Below, one piece after another: positions 27,487 to 35,112 of a stretch of DNA of 64,000 nt. The position numbers and the translations under genes are program-made. The stretch comes from an uncultured Acidobacteriaceae bacterium. Its GTDB lineage: Bacteria; Acidobacteriota; Terriglobia; Terriglobales; Acidobacteriaceae. The stretch spans positions 485 through 64,484 of the forward strand of contig CAVSLE010000002.1 of assembly GCA_963728805.1 (NCBI GenBank), read 5' to 3'. How positions within the stretch are numbered: position 1 is the first letter of the stretch; every line of letters starts with the position of its first letter. The notes below the pieces were generated by a model. It did no database searches. It was not told the origin of the DNA and was given only the letters and a program-made list of their open reading frames with translations.

Positions 27487-27522
27487 AATGGAATGTCACC
27501 CTGAGCGAGTGCCGGTGCACTC

Positions 27523-28047
27523 CTAGGTCGCCTTCTGGTCGTTGGTGGGATGGGGTGCAAGCTTGCTCTGAATGAAAGCTACATGCTCATCTTCCATTTC
27601 GGCGAGTTCGCGATACAGCCGGCGCAGTCTTCCTTCCTGGGTCTTCAGCGCCAGGTCATTGTAGTAGCGTTGGGCGCTTAACTCGGCGGTGAGCGCCACC
27701 TGCAAAGCGCGGCCCCGCGGGTTGCTGGTCCGGCCTTCACGGGTCGCAGCAAAGACGTCGCCGTCCTCCAGCTTGGGGACTTCGATCCACTCGATCAGGT
27801 CTTCTTCGGTGATTGCGCACCGCGAATTTCCGAACTCTTCGGTGTACTTGTCTTGCAGGGCTGAGCTGTGGTTTTTTTCTTCCGCCGCCATCTCCCAGAA
27901 GACGCTGGCTATTTCCAGTGATTCGCTATCGCGGAACTCGACAAACATTTCGGCGAAGCGGTGGTACAACGCGGCGTTGCGTTCTTCGATGAAGATGGCT
28001 ACGTGCAGGGCTTCCTGAGGGTCAAGGGAAGCGAAACTCCGTTTCAT
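27523..28047 (-). CDS. Ferritin-like / rubrerythrin-family di-iron protein
   Basis: Two helical halves, each with E...ExxH ligand patterns (IEERNAALYH...AAEEKNHS; TAELSAQRYY...EMEDEHVAF). Confidence 0.6.
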   Translation of the reverse strand: MKRSFASLDPQEALHVAIFIEERNAALYHRFAEMFVEFRDSESLEIASVFWEMAAEEKNHSSALQDKYTEEFGNSRCAITEEDLIEWIEVPKLEDGDVFAATREGRTSNPRGRALQVALTAELSAQRYYNDLALKTQEGRLRRLYRELAEMEDEHVAFIQSKLAPHPTNDQKAT

Positions 28048-28168
28048 GTGTGGCTCCGGCAGGCGCTGGCCCGATGCCGCATTCTATCCGCAAAAACGCC
28101 GGAGAATACCATCTGAGCGGATTCTTTCGTAAGGTCGGTTCCAAAATGGGACAGGAATCAACAAGGAT

Positions 28169-28248
28169 CACCACAGAGGCACCGAGACACAGAGAAAAAC
28201 CTTTAAAACAAGGCTCTGTGTTTTCTCTGCCTCTGTGTCTCTGTGGTG
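28169..28248. repeat. 80-nt imperfect palindrome (caccacagag...agacacagag / ctctgtgtctctgtggtg)
   Basis: Read directly. Lies between the stop of 28264..28656 and the start of the ferritin-like gene. Confidence 0.75.
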
Positions 28249-28263
28249 AATAGTTTCGAGTAG

Positions 28264-28656
28264 CTATCCGGCCTTCTGGGTCACCAGCTCTGTTTTCTGT
28301 TTGGCGCGATCGGCCTCAATTCTTGCGATGGTGCGCTTCAGCCAATGCTTCACGTTCTCCCGCAACTCTTCTTCCGTCTGGTTCGGCGTCGCGACCGTAA
28401 CCCCTTGGCGATTCAGCGGGATGTGATGGCAAGGCACGTCTTCGGTGCGGTACTCCTCAGGCACAAAGTCATAGAGCAGGCACTCGTGGCAAGCGTGCGG
28501 ACGGGTGGGGTCTCCGTGATTGGGGCAAGCGAGCGAGTCCTGGAAGATGGAAGCAGGCCCCCACGGCGTGCTGTACCAGTTCCCATAGCCTCCTTGCTCC
28601 AGGAAATTGAGTTCGTAGCGCAAAACCTCCAGAACATCGCGTTTATCGTCCGACAT
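28264..28656 (-). CDS. Hypothetical Cys/His-rich protein
   Basis: Likely start MSDDKRDVLEVLRYELNFLEQGGYGNWY. Contains the cluster CPNHGDPTRPHACHECLLYDF...VPCHHIP. Lies downstream of the kinase/regulator pair on the same strand. Confidence 0.5.
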   Translation of the reverse strand: MSDDKRDVLEVLRYELNFLEQGGYGNWYSTPWGPASIFQDSLACPNHGDPTRPHACHECLLYDFVPEEYRTEDVPCHHIPLNRQGVTVATPNQTEEELRENVKHWLKRTIARIEADRAKQKTELVTQKAG

Positions 28657-28894
28657 GGCTCCCTCCAACGGCGGCGCCTCACTGCGCCTGACTCTGCTGA
28701 AATTGTGGCCTAGGACGCACAACCCTGCTGTGATCTATCTCACGTTCTGGTGTGACGGATGGCCGCTGTCCCCACCCTCTCGCCACAGGCAGGCGAGAAG
28801 GGGGGTGGGGCACCCAAAACCTAGATGTGATCGTCGAAAGGCCGGGCCACCCGCCAGGTTAGGCGGAAGAGGGCAGGGAATTACCCGCATCTTG

Positions 28895-28936
28895 AGTTGC
28901 TAAGTGCTAAATGCTAAATGCTAAATGCTAATTACT
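28895..28936. repeat. 7-nt tandem array (agttgct aagtgct aaatgct aaatgct aaatgct aattact)
   Basis: Read directly. Ends 6 nt from the stop codon of the sigma54-type response regulator (minus strand). Confidence 0.9.
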
Positions 28937-28941
28937 GCCCG

Positions 28942-30387
28942 CTAGCTGTTTCCGTTCTCCCTGCCCTTCTTCTTGATCTCGATATTCAGGCGCTTGATTT
29001 TCTGGTTCAGCGTGGAAAGTGGAATGCGGAAGCGGTCGGCGGCTTCGGTCTGGTTCCAGCCGCATTTTTCCAGCATGTCGCCGATGACACGGCGCTCGCA
29101 ATCTTCAATGATTTCGAACAGGGAAGCATCGGCGCGCTGTTCCATGATGGCAAACTTGCTGCCGCGGCCAATCAGATTGTCGGGCAGCAGGTCCACCGTG
29201 AGGTTGGGGCCGGTGGCCAGCACCACGGCGCGTTCAATCACGTTTTCCAGTTCGCGCACGTTGCCCGGCCAGTCATAATCCAGCAGCGGGCGCATGGCTT
29301 CGGGAGTGATGCGCAGTGGCATCCGCTCATTCTCTTCGGCAAACTTGACGATGAAGAACTCCACCAGAATCGGGATGTCATTCTTGCGCTGGCGCAACGG
29401 CGGCAGGTCAATGGTGATCACATTGAGACGGTAGAACAAGTCATCGCGGAACTTGCCCTCTTTCACCTGTTGCTGCAGATTGACGTTGGTGGCGGCAATA
29501 ATGCGCACGTCCACTTGTATTTCGCTGACGCCGCCCAGGTGCATGAACTTACGGTCCTGTAGCACGCGCAGAATCTTGGCCTGGGTCTCCAGGTTCATGG
29601 TGCCAATCTCGTCGAGGAACAGCGTGCCGCGATCAGCCACCTCGAACAGGCCTTTCTTGCTGGCGATGGCGCTGGTGAACGCGCCCTTGACGTGGCCGAA
29701 GAGCGTTGACTCCAACAGGTCGGCCGGCATCGAGCCGGTGTTCACCGGAACAAACGCGCGGTCGCGCCGGGTGGAGTTCATGTGGATGGCTTTGGCGATC
29801 AGCTCTTTGCCGGTGCCGCTTTCGCCTTGCAGCAGCACGGTGGAGCGGCTGGGCGCTACTTGCGCCACCAGGTCGAAGATGCGCAGCATGGGCTCGCTCT
29901 TGCCGATGATGTGCTCGAAGTTGTAGCGCTGCTTGAGGGCGCGCTTCAGTTGGACAACTTCTTCCTCGGCGCGGCGCCGGCCCACTGCTGTGCGTACGTC
30001 GGCCAACAGCTTCTCGTTGTCCCAGGGCTTCTGGATGAAGTTGGTGGCCCCGGCCTGCATGGCATTCACGGCATTTTCCACCGTGCCGTAGGCGGTAATC
30101 ATGATGACGGGGAGTTCGGAATCGCGCTCCCGGATGTCGTGCAGTATCTCAATGCCATTGCGCTCGGGCAGCGCAAAATCCAGCAGCACCAGGTCGAAGG
30201 GATGTTCGGCGATGCGAGCCAGTCCCTCCTGGCCGTCGTTGGCTACCTCCACCGCGTAGCCCTCAAACTCCAGCAGAGTTTGCAGCGACTCACGGATGGC
30301 GGCTTCGTCATCGACGATCAGCACGGAGCCCGGCAAGGCGAAGTCCTCGCGTCCCATAGTCGTTCGACCGACTGCCACTTCAGGCAT
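28942..30387 (-). CDS. Sigma54-dependent response regulator (NtrC family: REC, AAA+, Fis-type HTH)
   Basis: REC domain (VLIVDDE...DLVLLDFALP), Walker A (GESGTGKE), the GAFTSA sigma54-contact motif, and a C-terminal HTH (NQTEAADRFRIPLSTLNQKIKRL). An alternative start is at 30357. Confidence 0.9.
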   Translation of the reverse strand: MPEVAVGRTTMGREDFALPGSVLIVDDEAAIRESLQTLLEFEGYAVEVANDGQEGLARIAEHPFDLVLLDFALPERNGIEILHDIRERDSELPVIMITAYGTVENAVNAMQAGATNFIQKPWDNEKLLADVRTAVGRRRAEEEVVQLKRALKQRYNFEHIIGKSEPMLRIFDLVAQVAPSRSTVLLQGESGTGKELIAKAIHMNSTRRDRAFVPVNTGSMPADLLESTLFGHVKGAFTSAIASKKGLFEVADRGTLFLDEIGTMNLETQAKILRVLQDRKFMHLGGVSEIQVDVRIIAATNVNLQQQVKEGKFRDDLFYRLNVITIDLPPLRQRKNDIPILVEFFIVKFAEENERMPLRITPEAMRPLLDYDWPGNVRELENVIERAVVLATGPNLTVDLLPDNLIGRGSKFAIMEQRADASLFEIIEDCERRVIGDMLEKCGWNQTEAADRFRIPLSTLNQKIKRLNIEIKKKGRENGNS

Positions 30388-33211
30388 TGACCACCTTTCT
30401 CACCATGGGAAATTCCATGATGAATGTCGTGCCGCGACCAGGCACACTATCGACACGAATCTTGCCGGCATGTTCCTGGATGATGCCGTAGGTCACCGAC
30501 AGTCCCAGGCCGGTGCCGCCGCTGTGTCCCGTTTTTGGCTTGTTCTTGGTGGTGAAAAAAGGATCGTAGATGCGATGAATATGTTCCTGCGCAATGCCGG
30601 TGCCGGTGTCGGCTACCGTCACCTGCACGTGATGGCCGTTGGAGGTGCTGATCATCAGCGTGCCACCGGCGGGCATCGCGTCCTTGGCATTCAGGAACAA
30701 GTTGAGGAAGACCTGTTGCAGCTTTCCGGTGTTGCCATAGATGGTCGGCAATTCCGGCTGCAGATCAGGTTGCACCTTGATGCGCGCGGTCTTGAACTGA
30801 TGATCGAGCAGGGTCAGCGTGTCTTGAATCACGCGATTCAGGTCCACATTGCTGAACTCAGTGCTTGAGGTGCGCGAGAAGTTGAGCAGGCTGTTAACGA
30901 TTTCCGAAGCACGGAAGGTCTGGCGCGTGATCTTGTCGAGCAGGCTGGACTGCTTTTCGTCGCCATGGACTTGCTTGGCCAGCATCTGCGCGTAGGAGGA
31001 GATAACAGCCAGAGGAGTGTTGACCTCATGGGCCACCCCGGCTGCCAGCAGTCCAATGGACGAGAGCTTCTCGGCCTGCGAGAGTTGCGATTCCAACTCG
31101 ATGCGTTCGGTTATGTCGTCCACGATGATCAGGCGGCCGATGACGCTGAAGTCCTTGGTGACCAGTGGCGCAATGGCGATATTGGCGACCCGGGTGTCGC
31201 CCGCAGTGCTGCCCAGCCGGAACTTGTAAAGATTGTGAATGCCCGGAGTTTGGCGTACGCGGTAATACTCTTCCAGAAATGCCGGCGCCAGCACCTCGCC
31301 CAGGGGGCGTCCCAGCGCTTCGAGGCGCGGCAGAGCGTACATCACTTCCATCTGTGAATTCCACGACTCGATGCGATCTTCCAGGTCCACCGCGAGCACG
31401 CCCACGCTGATGGATTCAACAATGTTCTCGTTGAACTCCTTCAGGCGCTCGTACTGTCCGGCTTTCCGTTCCAGAGACTTGTACAGGCGGGCGTTCTGCA
31501 CGGCGATGCCGATGTATCCAGCCAGGGTTTCCAGCAACTGCACATCTTCACTGGAAAGGAAATCGCCTTCCAACGTCTTGCCCAGGCCCAGCACTGCGAT
31601 CATGCGATTCATGACCGTGCAGGGAATGTAATAGTTCAGCTCCAGGCGGCGGATGGTGTCGCGCGCGCTGGGAGTCTCACGCACTGCCTGGTTGGTGTTG
31701 TCGAAGAACAGGTGACCGAGTTGCCATTCCGGCCGTTCCACGTGCAGGAAGTCGAAATCGAGCCCGCTGGTGTTGGAAATGCCGTATGACTTGGCCAGGG
31801 AGAACTGCTCTGGCTGCTCCGGATCGGAGAGGAAGATGGCCAGCCGGTCCACCAGCAAGGTGCGCGACAAGCGGTCCACGATCGAGGTGAGCATCTTGTC
31901 GAGGTCGGTCTCAGAGTTCAGGTCGCGGCCGAAATCGGTCAGCGTTTTCCGGTAATCGTAGCGCTTGCGGTAGAAGAATTTATCCAGGTAATCCTGCACC
32001 CAGTTCTTGAATGGATCAAACAGCAGCGCGGTCACGGCGATGGCGGCAATCAGTCCGATTGGCCCGACGCTGGGGAAGCTCTGATGGAACAGCACGGAAG
32101 CAATGCCCACAGCGGCGAAATACGCTCCCGTGATTGCGCCCGCTGCAATGGTGTAAGCCATGCCGCGCTTGAAGATGAGGTCCACGTCCATCAAGCGGTA
32201 GCGGAAGATGGCATAGCCGAAGGTGAGTGGCAGAAACACCAGCGACAACACCGAGATCTTCATCCACATGGTCAGAGCGGGCGGACTACCCGCCAGGTAA
32301 GGAACCACGTAGAGCAGAGTGAATGGTGCAACGGCGAGAATGGTTCCGCGCGTCACCCACTTCATCTGTTGCCGCAGAATTGCCGACTCGGCATGACGAT
32401 AGCTGTGCCACAGCACCAGCGCCGACATCACAAAATAAGTCGCCAGGTACGACATCTCCAGCCGGTCCAGGTTCCAGCGCAGCACTTCACTGGGTTGCAG
32501 CAGTTGGAGCGTAACAATGTGGGCGATCAGCAAAATCGCGCCCGGGACGTACACGGCCGGAATCAGCCAGCGACGGCGGTCCACCAGCCCTTTGCGTTCC
32601 GGAAACACCAGCGAAAAATGCAGGAACAGGGCCGGTTGTAACAGCAACGCCACCACATTGGCCCAGTAAACAATCCAGTCGAAATCGTTAAGTTTGCCGG
32701 TGTAGTGAAAGGAGTAAAAGATGAAGGAGACCAGGCAGAAAACGTAAAAATGGGTGCTCTTGGGGGCGGTCCAGCGGCGCAGCAGTACATACATGCCGAT
32801 GCCCAGGTAGACCAGCGCAATCAGCCGCAATCCGCTGAACAGGGAACGGTCGGCCGGGGCGAGAATCAGAGGCGCTTCCAGGCTTACACTTTGGCGCACC
32901 AGGGAGTAGTTAGCTTTGGACCAGATTCCAGCGCGATACAGTTGCCGTTCCAGGCTGCCGACGTTGGTTACATCGTGACCATCCACCGATATCAGACGGT
33001 CGTCCAACTTGATGCCAGCCTTCTGGCCGGGACCGTCGGTGTCAACCCGGGCGGCTCGCAGGTGGCCCCCATCCTCGACCCACCAAACCCCATCATAGGG
33101 GGCAGAGAACTCACGTTCCTTTTCAAAGTTGATCCAGGCGAACACTACGGCCGCGACGCTGAGCAGCGCCAGGATAACGGCAAAAAAACGCGTTTGTAGA
33201 TCTCGTGCCAT
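30380..33211 (-). CDS. Multi-domain sensor histidine kinase (PDZ, polytopic TM block, GAF, PAS, HisKA, HATPase)
   Basis: PDZ-like segment (GPGQKAGIKLDDRLISVDGHDV), at least 6 TM helices, H-box (GVAHEVNTPLAVI), N/G boxes (NLFLNAKDAM, DTGTGI, GGTGLGLSV). Overlaps the regulator gene by 8 nt. The start at 33211 (MARDLQ) is preferred to 33325. Confidence 0.85.
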   Translation of the reverse strand: MARDLQTRFFAVILALLSVAAVVFAWINFEKEREFSAPYDGVWWVEDGGHLRAARVDTDGPGQKAGIKLDDRLISVDGHDVTNVGSLERQLYRAGIWSKANYSLVRQSVSLEAPLILAPADRSLFSGLRLIALVYLGIGMYVLLRRWTAPKSTHFYVFCLVSFIFYSFHYTGKLNDFDWIVYWANVVALLLQPALFLHFSLVFPERKGLVDRRRWLIPAVYVPGAILLIAHIVTLQLLQPSEVLRWNLDRLEMSYLATYFVMSALVLWHSYRHAESAILRQQMKWVTRGTILAVAPFTLLYVVPYLAGSPPALTMWMKISVLSLVFLPLTFGYAIFRYRLMDVDLIFKRGMAYTIAAGAITGAYFAAVGIASVLFHQSFPSVGPIGLIAAIAVTALLFDPFKNWVQDYLDKFFYRKRYDYRKTLTDFGRDLNSETDLDKMLTSIVDRLSRTLLVDRLAIFLSDPEQPEQFSLAKSYGISNTSGLDFDFLHVERPEWQLGHLFFDNTNQAVRETPSARDTIRRLELNYYIPCTVMNRMIAVLGLGKTLEGDFLSSEDVQLLETLAGYIGIAVQNARLYKSLERKAGQYERLKEFNENIVESISVGVLAVDLEDRIESWNSQMEVMYALPRLEALGRPLGEVLAPAFLEEYYRVRQTPGIHNLYKFRLGSTAGDTRVANIAIAPLVTKDFSVIGRLIIVDDITERIELESQLSQAEKLSSIGLLAAGVAHEVNTPLAVISSYAQMLAKQVHGDEKQSSLLDKITRQTFRASEIVNSLLNFSRTSSTEFSNVDLNRVIQDTLTLLDHQFKTARIKVQPDLQPELPTIYGNTGKLQQVFLNLFLNAKDAMPAGGTLMISTSNGHHVQVTVADTGTGIAQEHIHRIYDPFFTTKNKPKTGHSGGTGLGLSVTYGIIQEHAGKIRVDSVPGRGTTFIMEFPMVRKVVNA

Positions 33212-33588
33212 CGGGGCCGGTGGCTGGTTCGTACGACGTACCGGTGGGATCACACCCACGGGTGCATCATTACTGTGCAACTTGGATGCCACGTCTGCGC
33301 CGACTAACTGTGTAGTAACCCACATTTTATGAACAGCTTCCCAAATTATAGATTAGACGGCGTCCGGAACGTACCGTTTTTGGAATATCCCTCCACAATT
33401 CAGAATGGCGAGGTTACTAAGGAGGTATCTGCTTGAGCACAGTAACCTTGACCCTCCAGGATTGCGGACATTAGCAACCAATGCGTCCGCTTATGGGACC
33501 TCCAATTATCCGAAGCATTTGAGCCACCTCGGTGGTAATCTCGGTGGCGACCTGGTCAATGCAATTCATTGACACTGGAGGGGATTCC

Positions 33589-35019
33589 ATGCCAAAGCAG
33601 CCGATGTCATCCGGGCGTGAGACGAACCCGGTTCGACAAGATAGTGGTTTAGCGCGTTTTGGATTGGCCTTGGCCACCTGGAGCGAGCGCTGGTTTCCTG
33701 ATCCTCTGGTCTTCGCGCTGGCCGGAATCGTCATTGTTTTCATCTTCGGCTTGTGCCTGCACGAATCGGCGAGCAAGCTGGCGATTCAAGGCGCCAAGAA
33801 TTTCTGGACCCTGGTGCCATTCACTATGCAGATGGTGATGATCATCATTGGCGGATACGTCGTCGCCACCACGCCGGTGGTGAACCGCTTCATTCGAGCA
33901 TTGGCAGGCATCCCGAAAAACGGGCGCAACGCCATCGCGATGATTGCCCTGTTCTCCATGTTGACGTCGTTGATCTCGTGGGGACTCAGCTTGATCTTCA
34001 GCGGGCTCCTGGCGCGCGAGCTGGCCCGCCGGGTGAAGGGCATGGATTATCGTGCCGCCGGCGCCGCCGCCTATCTCGGGCTCGGCGCAGTGTGGGCGCT
34101 CGGGCTCTCTTCTTCGGCGGCCATGATGATGGCCACCAAAGCCGCCATACCTCCGGCATTGTTTGCAATCTCCGGCCTCATCCCGCTCCGGCAGTCACTA
34201 TTCCTGTGGCCGAGCATCGTGATGGCAGTGGTACTGATTGTGGTGTCGGTAGCCGTGGCTTACTTCTCCGCGCCGTCGCCGGAGAAAGCCAAAACCGCTG
34301 CCGACTTCGGCATCGAGTACGAATCGGTCGATCGTCCGCTGGAGCCGAAGACGAAGCCTGGCGAGTGGCTGGAGTACAGTCCTTTGCTGACCATCCTGGT
34401 GGCGGCACTGATTATTTACTATTTGTTCGATTTCTTCCGCACCTCGCCGCAGGGCGCGCTCGCCGCGTTGGACTTGAACACTTACAACCTGATGTTCATA
34501 ACTGCGGGACTGCTGCTGCACTGGCGGCCCAAGCGATTTCTACGTGCGGTGGGCGACGCCGTTCCGGCTACCGGAGGGGTGTTGATCCAATTTCCGTTTT
34601 ACGCGGTCATTTTTGGCATGATCGTCGGTACCGGCATCTCGACTTGGCTCGCCGATCTGTTTGCGCGAATCACCACTCAGGACACCTATCCGCTGCTGGT
34701 GGCCTTGTACTCGGCAATTCTCGGGACCTTCGTCCCTTCCGGCGGCAGCAAGTGGGTCATCGAAGCGCCGTACATTCTGCAGGCGGCGAACTTGCACCAC
34801 GTGCATCTCGGCTGGGTAGTGCAAATCTACAATGCGTCGGAAGCTTTGCCGAACCTAGTCAATCCATTTTGGATGCTGCCGCTGCTGGGCATTCTCAAAC
34901 TCAAGGCACGCGATCTGGTCGGCTATAGCGTGCTGCAAATGATCGTGCACGTCCCCATCGTATTTTTCTTGTGCTGGTTGTTTGCGCGCTACATCCCGTA
35001 TCTGCCGCCCATGAAGTAG
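33589..35019 (+). CDS. atoE: Short-chain fatty acid transporter, AtoE family
   Basis: From memory, recognisably similar along its length to E. coli AtoE (RWFPDPLVFA..., MQMVMIIIGGY, GVLIQFPFYA, PSGGSKWVIEAPY, NPFWMLPLLGI). GGAGG precedes the ATG at 33589. Confidence 0.8.
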   Translation: MPKQPMSSGRETNPVRQDSGLARFGLALATWSERWFPDPLVFALAGIVIVFIFGLCLHESASKLAIQGAKNFWTLVPFTMQMVMIIIGGYVVATTPVVNRFIRALAGIPKNGRNAIAMIALFSMLTSLISWGLSLIFSGLLARELARRVKGMDYRAAGAAAYLGLGAVWALGLSSSAAMMMATKAAIPPALFAISGLIPLRQSLFLWPSIVMAVVLIVVSVAVAYFSAPSPEKAKTAADFGIEYESVDRPLEPKTKPGEWLEYSPLLTILVAALIIYYLFDFFRTSPQGALAALDLNTYNLMFITAGLLLHWRPKRFLRAVGDAVPATGGVLIQFPFYAVIFGMIVGTGISTWLADLFARITTQDTYPLLVALYSAILGTFVPSGGSKWVIEAPYILQAANLHHVHLGWVVQIYNASEALPNLVNPFWMLPLLGILKLKARDLVGYSVLQMIVHVPIVFFLCWLFARYIPYLPPMK

Positions 35020-35112
35020 GCAAGCGCGGTTCGGGTAAGCCGCCAACTCACTCGGCATGACAAATTGGAAGAATGTAAGATATTCCCCACGACCTATCGT
35101 GGGGACGCGTTG

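Noticed and set aside
33753-34928. 391-aa alternative-frame ORF inside atoE, and the similar ORFs 1582..2490 and 5341..6423
   Set aside because: These are out-of-frame or antisense to genes with long recognisable similarity to known families. Their Arg/Gly/His-rich translations are typical GC artefacts.
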